Source of the DNA: an uncultured Planctomycetota bacterium
Lineage (GTDB): Bacteria; Planctomycetota; Planctomycetia; Isosphaerales; Isosphaeraceae
Length of the DNA stretch: 64,000 nucleotides
NCBI GenBank assembly: GCA_963737655.1
Contig: CAVTTN010000002.1
Coordinates: 32,001 to 96,000 of the forward strand
Reading direction: 5' to 3'
Shown here: positions 1 through 10,854 of the stretch, one piece after another
Position numbering within the stretch: the stretch's first letter is position 1
Layout of the letters: every line of letters starts with the position of its first letter
Made by a program: the position numbers and the translations under genes
Notes under the pieces: generated by a model
Told to the model about the DNA's origin: nothing
Database searches by the model: none
The model's input: the letters and a program-made list of their open reading frames with translations, nothing else

Positions 1-667
1 CTTGCCGGTCGAGCCGGATCGGCGTGACGGTTTCGCTCATCAAATCGGCAAGCCGAGTCGCCTTGAGTCGCAGCCCCCGCTCCGTAGCCAGGGAGGCTGC
101 CAGCCGAAGTCCAGAGAGAAGCACCCGGTTGATCAACCGATCCTGATCTCTCAGGTGATGGACGCAAGGCAACGTTGCATGCGCGGCCGAGCCGCCATTC
201 GCCATGGCTTGGAAGTTGATCCGTCCTCGAGGCGAGGACAGCGCCTCATGTCGCCGCGTGTACGCCCGCTGGAGCCCTCTTGCGAAAAGCTCCCGAGCTT
301 CCTCGACCAGCTGCCAGATGAGGATGTCCTGCAACCCGAGAGCTTGAGTCGCCTGGGTGATCGACGGCAGTAGTTGCAAGTCCCGCAGACCGTATGCGTC
401 GCGAAGTAGCGAGTGCAGTGTTTCCGAGGCAAGCTTTGGGACAACGGTGATCTCCACCTGACCGAGCCTGACCCGCCCGACGAACGAAGTCGATCTCACC
501 GATAGGCCCGTGTGGAGCTCCTGAACCTCCAGCATTTGTGTCTCGGATAACCGCCGGGCGAGGTCTCGGACGCGAGGTTCGCCTGCGAGCCCGACGCCCT
601 CCGTCGGGCTCCCATTGGTGGGCGAGACGGTCTGCCACTCGGACAGCCGGATGGCGACGTCGGTCAC
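1..667 (-). CDS. mcrC: McrC-family restriction subunit (runs off the window's left edge)
   Basis: Not in ORF track. GTG start at 667 overlaps the mcrB stop (GTGA). Hand translation MTDVAIRLSEWQTVSP...TSFVGRVRLGQVEITVVPKL...ARGLQRAYTRRHEALSSPRGRINF...LINRVL matches the McrC N-terminal pattern. Confidence 0.85.
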   Translation of the reverse strand, partial: MTDVAIRLSEWQTVSPTNGSPTEGVGLAGEPRVRDLARRLSETQMLEVQELHTGLSVRSTSFVGRVRLGQVEITVVPKLASETLHSLLRDAYGLRDLQLLPSITQATQALGLQDILIWQLVEEARELFARGLQRAYTRRHEALSSPRGRINFQAMANGGSAAHATLPCVHHLRDQDRLINRVLLSGLRLAASLATERGLRLKATRLADLMSETVTPIRLDRQ

Positions 668-2962
668 GAGTCAGCTCCCGCTTCCTCCTCGTCCTCGCTC
701 GACACGTCGCGCGTCTCGTCGTCGCGAGAAGTGCTCACGGCACGGAGCGACGTCAGGATGTCTGGGCAGGGAGCCAGTAGAGCCTGGACGAGCTCCGGGC
801 TCGTTGGCTCCTCGAAGAGATCATGACGAATCGTCCGGTTCGCGAGATCCACCAGGCCGCCGCCGAGGATATTGTGGAGGGCTTCGAAGTCCTCGTAGCA
901 GTACTCCTCCAGCAGAGGGATGATCTCGTCACGGACGACGCGGAAGAATCGCGCGGCGTCCTTCAGGGGCCCGCGTCCTTCCATCAGGAACGAGTGGCCT
1001 ACCTGGAGATTCCGGGCGTCGCGCCCGACGTGCTCGCAGATTCTGCGGTTCAAAGAGTCCAGCCACGGACCCAGCGGGATGTCAGCGACCGTCGCCTGCT
1101 CCAGGATCGACGCGTCCGGCATCAGCTCGACGAATCCGAACCGGCGGCGAAGCGCGGTGTCGAGTAGAGCGATCGAGCGGTCTGCCGTGTTCATGGTCCC
1201 GATGAGCATGACGTTCGGCGGAACCCGGAAGGCCGACCGGCTCAGCGGCAGGACCACCGACTTGCCCCGCTTGTCCTTCTCGATCAGCGACATCAGCTCG
1301 CCGAAGATTCGTGGGACATCGCCCCGATTGATCTCGTCGATGATCAAGTAGAGAGGACGATCTGGCCGGCCTGCGGCGTCTCGGCAAACTTGCTTGAAGA
1401 TCCCGTCTCGGAGGGCGAAGTTCATCCGCCCGTCTTGCAGTTCCGGACGGAAACCTTCGATGAAATCCTCGTAGCCGTAAGCGGGGTGGAAGCTGACCAT
1501 CCGAACCACGCCGAGTGTCTCGGGACCTCCTTCCACTTCGGTCTTCTCGTCCTGGGACAGGCGTTCGAAGGGCTTCCCTGCGAGGGAGTAGGCGGCGAGA
1601 TCGAGCGCGGCGCGCTCAGCCCAATATGTTTTGCCGGTCCCCGGAGGTCCGTAGAGGATCACTTGCCCTTTGCGCTCGAGCGCAGCCTGGATGCGGCCCG
1701 CAACGCCTCCGAGACTGGGAGTTGCCGGAGTCGTGCCGGGCGCCCGTTCCGTAGGGGCTGGCGCACGACGTCCGGAGCGTCGAGCATGTGTCGTTCTGCT
1801 TGGACGAGATTGACGGTGGCCTTCTTGAGCCGGTGAACGGTCGTCTGGAGCCCCTCCGGCTCGGGCATCTTCCACTCGTCAAACGAGAGCCACTGTACCG
1901 GCCGGCGGTGCGGGAAGTCGGACCCCTCCGAGTAGGAATAGCCGCCGGTGACCCGGCCGACGCCGAGGACGGTCTGTCCGTCGCAGGCGAGGATGACGTC
2001 TCCCTGTGCGATCGTCGTGGCGAAGTTGAGTATCTGGTTAGCCGTCTTGCCTATTTGCTGGGGGCTTGCCGGATATCGCACCGCAAGAAGCTGGGCCAGC
2101 TTTTCCTTCGACGACGCATCCTTCTCTAAACTCAGGAGGTCTCCCAGGTCGGACCAACCGATCGCCGCACAGCCACCGTCCCGCATGAGCGACCACCGGT
2201 TCCGTGGCTGCTGGCCGTCGGAGGTGCCGATCCGCCAGTACGCGTGGGGCATCGAGTAGTGATGATTGAGTGTCGTCAGGTGGTTGATCGGGATCTCGAG
2301 CTCGTGGGCCGCGGCGACGAAACGACCGGCGCACAGGTAACGACCGTCCCCCTCCGGCGGGACCTGGAGCATCTTGATCAGGTGGAACCGCTGGTAGTCG
2401 GCGTTGTGATAGTCGTCGAGGAGATGGGCGCGAGCAGGCTGAAGTACTTGTGGCCCCAGGCAAGGTCCCTGACCGCCGGTGCGATCCGGTCGAGGTCCGC
2501 CTGCAGGGCACGATACTCGGCGTCGTCGGCGAGCTCGGGCAAGTTACCGACTCGTTCGGCTCCGTGGATCAGTTGGTCCCTGTGCCTCCGCGCGATCTCG
2601 ACCGCCTCCTTGACGCTCACTTCGCGCATGTCCTTCGGAGTTCCAGTCATCCACGCCTTGGTCTCGTTGCTCCGGAAGACGCCGAACTTCAGGGCACTGC
2701 CGCCGGCGATGCTGCCGAATTTCGCCGGGAACTCCTCGTCGTTCTTGAATTCGAGCCAGTAGACGAGGCTGTCCCTGTTGCCGTGGGCGTGCATCTTCTC
2801 GAGGAGCTCTTCGCCGTCGAGCTTCGCCAAAACTTCCGGCCCGAACCGGGTCCGGAAAGTTTGGTAGCAGGCGTCCAGTTGAGATCTTGAGAGGAGCTTC
2901 CCCTCGGCGGTGAGCCGCTTATGGTCATCAAGGAGTCGGGCCCTGATTCGGTCGTCAAGCAT
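664..2962 (-). CDS. mcrB: McrB-family AAA+ GTPase with long N-terminal region, split by two frameshifts (~2425, ~1765)
   Basis: ORF pieces 2378-2962, 1659-2372 and 664-1875 join into one protein. Motifs: GPPGTGKT, FHPAYGYEDFIEG, IIDEINRG, MNTADRS, ALRRRF. The middle piece (YWRIG..AIGWSDLGDL..GDVILA..VLGVGRVTGGY..HRRPVQW) looks EVE/PUA-like. Confidence 0.88.
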
Positions 2963-3372
2963 ATAAGCAGATCCGTCTCTGATTGGATGCCGGTGCTAAA
3001 GGGCCGCAAAAGACCGGCCGCTCGAATAGCACCATGATGCAGGATGCGGAGGCAAATGACATCTCCGCCCGCGATCATCGATCTGTTCCGCGGAGCGAAC
3101 ATCCTTTGGGAGCCGAGGAGCTGGGGTCGAAAAGAGCGACGCCGCGCCCGCGAGCGCAGCCCAGTTCGTCCGATCGAAGATCGCGGCGGCCGGCAGCGCA
3201 AATCGGGAGTCGGCGCCCCCGAATCCGGAGTATGTGGACGTAATCGTAGCCGACCGTTGCTAAATCGATGCGAAAGTCGGGTCTTACCGGCCCAGACTCA
3301 CTCGAGAATATCCGCCTTGCCGTGTCCGGCGACCCGGCGCATAATCCTTCAACTTTCTTGAAGGATTATGCA

Positions 3373-3975
3373 ATGCCCCGTTCGACCCGAGAAGCCGCAA
3401 GGTCGCTCCGCACGACGGCCCAGGAGCAGGGCGGCTATTTCACCGCAAAGCAAGCTAAAGTATCGGGTTACGACTATCCGCACCTCGAGTACCACCTGTC
3501 GACCGGGGCGTTCGAGCGGGTTGAGCACGGGCTCTACAGGCTCGCCGACATGCCAACGGCTGAGAATGAGGATCTCATTCGGCTTTCCCTCTGGAGCCGG
3601 AATCGCGCCGACGAACCGCAAGCCGTCGTGTCGCACGAATCGGCGTTGGTCCTGCACGATCTGACGGAGCTGCTCCCGAACGAGATTCACCTCACCGTAC
3701 CTCAGGGATTTCGAAAAGAAGCGCCACCGGGATGCGTTCTTCACAAGGCGGTCCTTGCGGCAGGCGACATCGAAGAGAGGATCGGTTTCCGGGCCACGAC
3801 CCCACTTCGGACGCTTCTTGACGTTGCGGCCGGCACCATCAGCCAGGAGCAGCTGGAGAGGGCGGTGGCGGAGGCTCTGGAGCGAGGCGTTGTTCGGAGG
3901 AGCAAACTCGTCGCGGCGATTCGCCGATCTCCCGGGCTGCATCGCCTCAGGCATGCATTGGGAGCGAGTCTCTGA
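3373..3975 (+). CDS. abiEi: Type IV TA antitoxin, AbiEi family
   Basis: AQEQGGYFTAKQA...ERVEHGLYRL, VVSHESAL, TTPLRTLLD; directly upstream of an AbiEii-like gene. Confidence 0.85.
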   Translation: MPRSTREAARSLRTTAQEQGGYFTAKQAKVSGYDYPHLEYHLSTGAFERVEHGLYRLADMPTAENEDLIRLSLWSRNRADEPQAVVSHESALVLHDLTELLPNEIHLTVPQGFRKEAPPGCVLHKAVLAAGDIEERIGFRATTPLRTLLDVAAGTISQEQLERAVAEALERGVVRRSKLVAAIRRSPGLHRLRHALGASL

Positions 3976-4007
3976 GCTGAACGCGGACCGAAAAAGGCAA
4001 GGAAGCC

Positions 4008-4895
4008 ATGGCAAGACACTTCGGATCGGCGGCGGCCTTCAAGGCATCGCTCGAGGCCCACCTGCGAAAGCTGGCTGGCGAACGCACCACTCCATTGAGC
4101 ACGCTCCAGCTGAAGCTCGTCATCGAGAGGCTCCTCGCGCGGCTATTCCGGGAGCCGAATCCGCCTTGGCTCCTCAAAGGCGGTTTCGCGATGGATCTCC
4201 GGTTCCGGCCACGCGCGAGAACGACGAAGGACGTCGACATTTCGCTCGCGCTTGGGGCGGGAGACTCCGTCGAATTCTCGGCCGCATTCCGCGAGCAGCT
4301 CCAGGAGACCGTCGACTTCGAACTGGGCGACTATCTCACCTACCGCATCGGAAGTCCGAAGCGCGAACTCACCAACGCGCCGCGAGGCGGGGCGCGGTAT
4401 CCGTGCGAGGCGGTCCTCGTCGGCAAGACCTACGCCAAGTTCCACATCGATGTCGGTTGCGGCGATGTGCTCGTCGGCGAGCCCGAAAGGATCGTCGGCG
4501 ACGATCTCTTGTCGTTCGCCGGCATCCCCCCCGCCGAGGTTCTCGCGATCTCCAAGGCCCAACAGTTCGCCGAGAAGGTCCACGCCTACTCGTTCGCGTG
4601 GAAGGATCGCCTCAACACCCGGACCAAAGACCTCGTCGACCTCGTGCTCCTGATCGAGCGCGGTCTTCCCGACGTCGACCAGATACGAGCGGCCCTCGCT
4701 GTGACGTTTTCGTCGAGGGCGACGCACCCGATGCCGGCAGAGCTTGCGTCCCCTCCGACGGCTTGGGCGACGGATTTCCCCGCAATGGCGGCCGAGGCGG
4801 GGCTCTCGACGAGCGACTACCTCCAGGCGTTCGCGATTCTCGACGCATTCTGGACTGCGGGTTCGCTGTTCTCGACCAGCCCGCCGGCGGAGTAA
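4008..4895 (+). CDS. abiEii: Type IV TA toxin, AbiEii nucleotidyltransferase
   Basis: WLLKGG...RTTKDVD, AEKVHA and NTRTKDLVDL motifs. Confidence 0.88.
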   Translation: MARHFGSAAAFKASLEAHLRKLAGERTTPLSTLQLKLVIERLLARLFREPNPPWLLKGGFAMDLRFRPRARTTKDVDISLALGAGDSVEFSAAFREQLQETVDFELGDYLTYRIGSPKRELTNAPRGGARYPCEAVLVGKTYAKFHIDVGCGDVLVGEPERIVGDDLLSFAGIPPAEVLAISKAQQFAEKVHAYSFAWKDRLNTRTKDLVDLVLLIERGLPDVDQIRAALAVTFSSRATHPMPAELASPPTAWATDFPAMAAEAGLSTSDYLQAFAILDAFWTAGSLFSTSPPAE

Positions 4896-4958
4896 GCGCA
4901 GACACCGTCTGCGCTTTCACACCCGACTTCCTCTTCGCCGCGTCGTTGCCGGATACGA

Positions 4959-5096
4959 TCACCCTCCCCGTGCCAGCCCGAGGATGGCCTCTCTGACAGG
5001 CGGCGAAAGTCGGTGCCACGTCAGGACGAGTTCGCGAAGGGCCTCGTCTTCCCGACACCCTTCCGACAAGGCGACCTTGCAGTTTCCACAAATCAT
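4959..5096 (-). CDS. Possible 45-aa att-adjacent peptide
   Basis: Hand translation MICGNCKVALSEGCREDEALRELVLTWHRLSPPVREAILGLARGG. Resembles short ORFs I recall at the ends of planctomycete integrative elements (unverified). Confidence 0.3.
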   Translation of the reverse strand: MICGNCKVALSEGCREDEALRELVLTWHRLSPPVREAILGLARGG

Positions 5097-5125
5097 TTCG
5101 CCGAAGCGGCTTGCGTCGTTTGGTT

Positions 5126-5153
5126 CGCGGGTGCAATTCCCGCCGCCTCCACT
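5126..5153 (+). repeat. att core: 28-bp copy of the tmRNA 3' end, inverted relative to ssrA
   Basis: cgcgggtgcaattcccgccgcctccact is the exact reverse complement of 23720-23747. Confidence 0.93.
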
Positions 5154-5188
5154 CCTGACAATCGCTGTCAGGGGACGAAAAATGACGA

Positions 5189-5213
5189 CAACCCCCGTCT
5201 TCGACGGGGGTTG
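5189..5213 (+). terminator. Hairpin downstream of the att core (terminator-like)
   Basis: caacccccgtc-ttc-gacgggggttg; same relative position as the hairpin downstream of ssrA. Confidence 0.55.
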
Positions 5214-6431
5214 CGTCGTTTACGGATTGGGCCTCGCCACTGCCAACGGATGCCCCGTCGTGACAGGATGGGACACCCGGAATACTCCCATTACGCTGCA
5301 ACCCGTCGGCGGTCGGGCCGGCTTCACCCCCACCCCCGCTTCTCTCCCCGGGGGGCGTCCAGGGGAGCTGGCTCAGGGCCTTCGCCTGGTCGTCGATCCC
5401 GATGTGGGTGTAGCGCATCGTCATGTTGACGTCGGAGTGCCGGGCGAGCTCGCGGGCCTCGGGGACGGTCGCGCCGTTGCGGAGCAGCTCCGTGATGTAG
5501 GTGTGCCGGCCCGCCGCGTGGAAGTCGGCGATCCCCTCCGCCGTCTCGTACGGGATGCCGGCCCGCTCCAGGTCCTTCCGGACCATCAGCCAGGTCTTCT
5601 TGCCGGCGAGCCCGGGGAACAGCGGCGCATCGGCCGGCAGGGCGGGCATCCACTCCCGGAGCATCCGGAGCAGCTCGGGGTGGACCGGCAGGATGTCCTC
5701 GCGGCGGTGCTTCGAGAACGCGGCCCGGACGGTGACCTTGGGCGGCTCGGACGCGAAGTCGAAGCTGCCCGGCGTCAGGCTCGACAGCTCGTTCTTGCGG
5801 AGGCCGGTGAGGTACGAGACGGCGTACAGCCGGGCCCGCTCCTCGCCGGAATACCCCTGGATCGGCCTCGAGCAGCCCCGTGCCGAGGCGATCAGCCTCG
5901 AAACCTCGTCGGCGGTGAGCGCCCGCCGCTTGTGCCGGACGTCGACCTCGGTGTTTAGCCTGGTGAGCGAGGCGACCGGGTTGTGGGGCAGCCGCTTGCT
6001 GGCGACGAGCCACTTGCCGAACTCGTCGATCGCCTGGACGTAGTGGTTGTACGTCTTGTTGCCGAGGTCCTCCTCCCTCGCCATCTTGCGGAGGAACCGC
6101 TCCACATCCTCGGCGTTCAGGTCGTCCAGGGTCCTGAATCCGCACCCCGAGACGACCCGTTCGATCCGGGTGGTGATGAGGCGGACGTGCTTCGGCGTGT
6201 TGTGCGCGAGGCTCATTAGGAAGGCCTTGACGTGGCCGGCGACGGCCGATCGCTTCCGCTCGACGAGCTGCTCCTGCGCGGGGTCGATCGAGCCCCCGTC
6301 TGCGGAGCATCGCCTCGTGCTCGAGCCGGGCGGCGAGCCGCTCGGTCTCGCCCCGGTCGGTGAACCCCTTGACGGTGCGTCGTGCCCCGTCGTGGTCGGT
6401 GTAGCCGATGTACCAGGGGGCCCCCTTCCTA

Positions 6432-7617
6432 GTGGTCTACCGCTGTAAAGGTTGTGGGTAGAGATGGGCGAGTTTCCGACGGGCGTCGGCCACACGGAAG
6501 CTCCACTCCAGCCTTACCCCGAGCCGATTCCGCTCCGTCTGCCACGTATCGACCTCCCTCGTCACGGACTCCTTGTCGGGCAGGCGGCGGTCGAGGCACT
6601 GCCGGGAGAGCACCGACAGCTCGCACTCCGCCATGTTCAGCCAGCTGGCGTGCTTGGGCGTGAAGTGGAACTCCAGGCGACGGGCCAGCCGCCACGCCTC
6701 ATCCGGCGGATAGGTGGCGAAGAGCGACCCGAGCGCATGAGTGTTCAAGTTGTCCAGCACTACCCGGATCACGTCCGCCTCCGGATACAACTCGTCGCAG
6801 AGGTGGCGCATCTGGGCGGCGAAGTCGGGGATCGCCCGGCGGTCCGTCACCGTGACATGACGCCGGCCAGCCAGGGGCTCGACGATCACGAACAGGTTGG
6901 CCGTGCCATGGCGGGTGTATTCGTAATCCTGCTTGGCTGGCGAGCCCGGCCGAGGCGGGATCGGCTCGGCGACATCGCCCCGCAGCTCCTTGCTCGCCTC
7001 GTCGAAGCAGACCACCGGCCGGGCCGAGTCGTGGGCCTCGGCATACAGCTCGAGCACGTCCTCCATGCGATGGATGAACTCCCCATCTACGCCCTTCGGC
7101 AGGCACCACGACTTCTTCTGCCACGGCTTGAGCTCGCTTTTTTTAGGACCCGCAGGATCGTGTCCTCGGAGACCGATTCGACAACCTGGAGCTCGACCAG
7201 GCGGTTGGCCAGCATGCGTGCGGTCCAGGTGGCCCGCCCCTCAGGCACCGGGTTGCATGCCATGGCGATGACGATCGCCTCGGCCTTGCCGTCGAGGAGG
7301 GGCTTGGCCCCGGGGCGTGGCCTCTCGTGGATCGCGGCGCCGAGCCCGCCGGCGGCGAACCGACGCCGGACGTTGGCGACGGTCCCGAGGGAGACACCGA
7401 CCCCCTCGACGATCTCCTCGTCGGTCTCGCCGGCATCGGTCCGGAGGAGGATCTGCGCCCGATTCCGCTGACGACGGGTCAGGGGACCGGCCTCCCACCG
7501 ATCGAGCCTCCATCCTCTGGTCATCTGTCAACTGAACCGCATGTCGCTTCGGCATGATCGGCCTCCTATGAGGCCATCTTACCGGAATGACCGTCAATCT
7601 CTACAGCGGGCAACCAC
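6432..7617 (-). mobile_element. IS630-family insertion sequence
   Basis: TA duplication at 6430-31 and 7618-19; imperfect terminal IRs gtggtctaccgctgta / tacagcgggcaaccac. HTH part from 7555 and DDE part 6437-7066 (VCFDE, VLDNLNTH, PKHASWLNMAE) are joined by an A7 slippery run at 7138-7144. Confidence 0.92.
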
Positions 7618-7947
7618 TAGAGCGGTCGCTTTTCTGCTTGTAGATCGAGGCCATGACGCATCTCCCTGGGGAAGATCGGATTCTGGATCGCCGGGGTCGG
7701 CGGTACAAGAGCAATCCGACGGCCCGTGGAGAGCCGGATGCGGCCGGGGCCTGTGCCGGCGAAGACGCTGGTGCCGATACACAGTCCAACGCGCCGGGGG
7801 CGACCCACGGCAGTCCAGGCTCGGTCGATTCTGGGACTACGCGTCCCGACCCGGTTGGTGGCACACTTCCGGGTGGCCGTCCCACGAGTTGCGGCAAGAC
7901 CACGATTCTTGTAAACTAGTCGGATAAACTAGATTGGAGGGACGACC

Positions 7948-8193
7948 GTGGAATCCGTCGGGACTTTCGAGGCCAAGACGCACCTCACCCGCCTCCTGGA
8001 GCGGGTCGCGAAAGGCGAGCGGATCGTCATCACGAACCGGGGCAAGCCCGTCGCCATGCTCGTGCCCCCCGAGGTCGGCGATCGGGCCGATGTCGCGGAA
8101 GTCGGCCGGGCCATGCTGGCCTACCGCGACCAGGTGAAACGCGAGCTCGGCGGTTCTTTCCGCGACCTGGCGCACGAGGGCCATCGGCACTGA
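7948..8193 (+). CDS. Phd/YefM-family antitoxin
   Basis: VGTFEAKTHLTRLLERVAKGERIVITNRGKPVAMLVP. Confidence 0.92.
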   Translation: MESVGTFEAKTHLTRLLERVAKGERIVITNRGKPVAMLVPPEVGDRADVAEVGRAMLAYRDQVKRELGGSFRDLAHEGHRH

Positions 8194-8210
8194 TCGGGGT
8201 CCGATATTCG

Positions 8211-8645
8211 ATGATCATGCCTCACCCGCCCGACCGCTTCGTGCTGGACGGCTCGATCACCCTGGCCTGGCTCTTCCACGACGAGAAGGATCCTTACGCG
8301 GACGCGATCGTGGGCAAACTCCCGCGACTCGAGATGCTCGTGCCGAGGCTGTGGCACCTGGAGATCGCGAACGTCCTGCTCGTCGGCGAGCGCCGCGGCC
8401 GTTGCACCCAGGCGGACGTGACGACCTGGCTCTCGTTCCTCTCGGGGCTCCCGGTCGTCGTCGACCGCGACACCGAGGCGCGGGCGTGGTCCGACACCAT
8501 CCCCCTGGGGCGGCAGTACGGTCTGAGCGCCTACGACGCCGCCTACCTGGAGCTGGCGTTGCGCGAGGGCGTCCCGCTCGCCACCCTCGACGCGAGGCTC
8601 GAGGCCGCGGCGACGGCGGCCGGTGTGGCGATCTATCAACCGTGA
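8211..8645 (+). CDS. vapC: VapC PIN-domain toxin
   Basis: FVLDGS, LEIAN, LSAYDAAYLELA, LATLD; follows the antitoxin. Confidence 0.92.
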   Translation: MIMPHPPDRFVLDGSITLAWLFHDEKDPYADAIVGKLPRLEMLVPRLWHLEIANVLLVGERRGRCTQADVTTWLSFLSGLPVVVDRDTEARAWSDTIPLGRQYGLSAYDAAYLELALREGVPLATLDARLEAAATAAGVAIYQP

Positions 8646-8881
8646 TCCGACGAACCGAAGTTGCAAGGGGGCAAGAGGTCGCGCGAACTCCCGCGGATGG
8701 CGTGGACGCAGATCCCTCGATTCAGGCCCGATGAGATCACGCGATGCTGACGACGATTTGCCGTGCACCATCTCCATCTTCGGCCGAATCGCGCGCCCGG
8801 GCGTTCACCGCATCCCGGGGGATGGCTTGAGGGTCCGCCGCCGGCGGGTGGACAAGTCGGATCACGCGCACCGTCTCGGGC

Positions 8882-9082
8882 TCAGTGGGACCCGGCCCCT
8901 CGCCCGCGGGCACCCCTGGACATCGCCTCCAGTTCCTCCCGCGCGACCCGGTAGAACTCCCGGTCGGCGTCGGCCCACTCCTCCTCGCGGAGCACCACCT
9001 GGATGATGGAGCGGCACCGCCGGGCGATCCGGATGGCCGCCTCGTGGGTGCGAGTGTCGGTCGGCTGGTTCTCGATGAACAT
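8882..9082 (-). CDS. 66-aa conserved hypothetical protein (paralog of 20979-21161)
   Basis: MFIENQPTD...IARRCRSIIQVVLREEEWADADREFYRVAREELE; RBS-like GGGGTGAGG upstream. Confidence 0.8.
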   Translation of the reverse strand: MFIENQPTDTRTHEAAIRIARRCRSIIQVVLREEEWADADREFYRVAREELEAMSRGARGRGAGSH

Positions 9083-9090
9083 CGCGATCC

Positions 9091-9741
9091 TCACCCCCTG
9101 GCAACCGGGATCGTATCGATATGAATTGATGAAACTTCGCCAGTGAGCCAGACGTGGCCCGCCGTCGTGAGGAACTCGGCCCCGCCCCCGGCCGCTTCGG
9201 CGGAGCGCACCCGCAACACGATCCACGACCCGCCGGCCGCCCTCGCGACCCCCAGGGCATAACCGAGGTCCGACGTGAGGTGGACATAAGCCCGCCTCAT
9301 CGGGCGGAGCCCGTGCTCCCGGATCCGCCCTTCGCGGTCCGAGGACGTGCCGTGGAAGAGTCGGGCCGGCGGAGACGCCGGACGGGCCGCGACGACGCCG
9401 GGCAGGGAGTGCCCGTAGAGGGCCCGGATCTTCCCCGGGCGGATCTCGAACCGCCCCGAGTCCTGCGTCCGGACGAGGTCCTCGAGACACCGGACGTTGA
9501 CGGCCTGCAGACGCTGTCCCGCCCCCCGGACGGCCCGCGCCACGTCCCTGAGATTCGCCCAACCCTCCGCGTCGACCGCGACCCCCCGAGGGGGCCCGCC
9601 ATGCCGGAGCAGGAACGCCAGGACGCGGACCAGCGACGGACCTTCCTCTTCCAGCCCCATCGCGAACCCGGCGGTGTCCGAGGCGGCCTCGGCGAAGATG
9701 AGCGCCGCGCGTCTCCGCAGTTCATCGTCCTCGTTCGACAT
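9091..9741 (-). CDS. kptA: RNA 2'-phosphotransferase, KptA/Tpt1 family
   Basis: LLRH, DAEGW, RFE, IRALYGHS, LFHGT, GLRPMRRAYVHL, VWLT. Confidence 0.92.
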   Translation of the reverse strand: MSNEDDELRRRAALIFAEAASDTAGFAMGLEEEGPSLVRVLAFLLRHGGPPRGVAVDAEGWANLRDVARAVRGAGQRLQAVNVRCLEDLVRTQDSGRFEIRPGKIRALYGHSLPGVVAARPASPPARLFHGTSSDREGRIREHGLRPMRRAYVHLTSDLGYALGVARAAGGSWIVLRVRSAEAAGGGAEFLTTAGHVWLTGEVSSIHIDTIPVARG

Positions 9742-9744
9742 CGG

Positions 9745-9975
9745 TCACCCCTTGGCGGCGCGGCCGGGGGTCGGGCACCCGGAGGCGACCCACGCCTCGA
9801 CGTCCGCACGCCGCCAGCGCGTGCTGCCGCCGAACTTGACCGGGGCCACGATCTTCCTCGTGCTGACCAGCCTCCAGAGGGTCCGCGTCGAGATGTCCAG
9901 CATCCCGGCGACCTCGTCGGCCGAGATCAGCAGCGGGGCGGGCGGCGCCCCCACTCCCCTCTCAGTCGCTCCCAT
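9745..9975 (-). CDS. AlpA/excisionase-like HTH protein
   Basis: LLISADEVAGMLDISTRTLWRL...PVKFGGSTRWRRADVEAWV. Confidence 0.88.
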   Translation of the reverse strand: MGATERGVGAPPAPLLISADEVAGMLDISTRTLWRLVSTRKIVAPVKFGGSTRWRRADVEAWVASGCPTPGRAAKG

Positions 9976-10221
9976 CGTCTGCCTCCGTCCCCGGCCCGGC
10001 GACCTGCCTCGATGCAGGTTCTCCGGTCAATCTTCCCGGCCCGGGGAGGGCTGAGGACAGTTCAGGCTCGGTTCATCCTGGAGAGATTTGAATGGAATTA
10101 GCCCCGATCCCTGCCGGGAACGACGAGGTCGGGTTGGCGTCATCAACAGCAAGTGCGGCTCGGCCAGAAGGTCCGCAGGTCGTCGCGTCTGCGCCTCGAC
10201 ACGCCAGAATGTCAGTAATTG

Positions 10222-10854
10222 GTGTGCGTCCGGCAAACCCCTTCTTGCAGCCCACTCTACGATCGGGGCATGGTCGAAAGGGGGTGAACCATGGCACAGG
10301 CGATACGGGATCTGGGGCGAGAGCCACACCGGCGACGGGTCCTGGTGCGGTGGCGGCGTAGCGGACTTTCCGTGCGGGCCTTCTGCCGGGCGGAGGGCAT
10401 CAGCGAGCCGTCGTTCTACGTGTGGCGGCGGAAGTTGGACCCGGCCGACCACAAGAAACCGGCCTTCCTCCCGGTGCATGTCGTTACCGAGGAGGCCAAA
10501 CAGCCCGTGACTCGTGACATCGAGATCGTCCTGGCCAACGGTCGCTGCCTGCGGGTCGGGCCGGGCTTCGATCCCCACACGCTGGTGACGCTCGTCGATC
10601 TCCTCGAAGCCGGGGGCACCTCATGCTGAGCTTGCCCCCGACCGTACGCATCTGGCTCGCGGCGGAACCGGTCGATCTTCGAAAATCGTTCGACGGTTTG
10701 GCGGCCATGGTCCAGGAAGGACTGCGGGGCAACCCGCTGTCGGGAGACATCTTCGTTTTCCGCAACAAGGCCGCCGACCGGATCAAGCTCCTGGTCTGGG
10801 AGGAAGACGGATACGCGATCTGGTACAAACGATTGGAAGCAGGACGCTACCGTT
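10222..10854 (+). mobile_element. Truncated IS66 (tnpA 10291-10629; tnpB from 10623, cut at ~10854)
   Basis: Left end gtgtgcgtccggcaaacc. TnpA WRRSGLSVRAFC..EGIS..FYVWRRKL; TnpB PVDLRKSFDGL, IKLLVWEEDG..WYKRLEAG. Its tnpC is absent. Confidence 0.85.

Larger units (their letters stand above)
4612..7654 (-). pseudogene. Tyrosine integrase 1, interrupted by IS630 and a frameshift near 6290
   Basis: Removing IS630 restores MASIYKQKSDRSRKGAPWYIGYTDHDGARRTVKGFTD... Catalytic motifs TGLRKNEL, DFHAAGRHT and LARHSDVNMTMRYTH are present. Clearly homologous to 22422-23891. Confidence 0.9.

Noticed and set aside
5126..5153. Independent tRNA gene
   Set aside because: Only the T arm and 3' acceptor strand are present; it matches the ssrA 3' end and is better explained as an att core.
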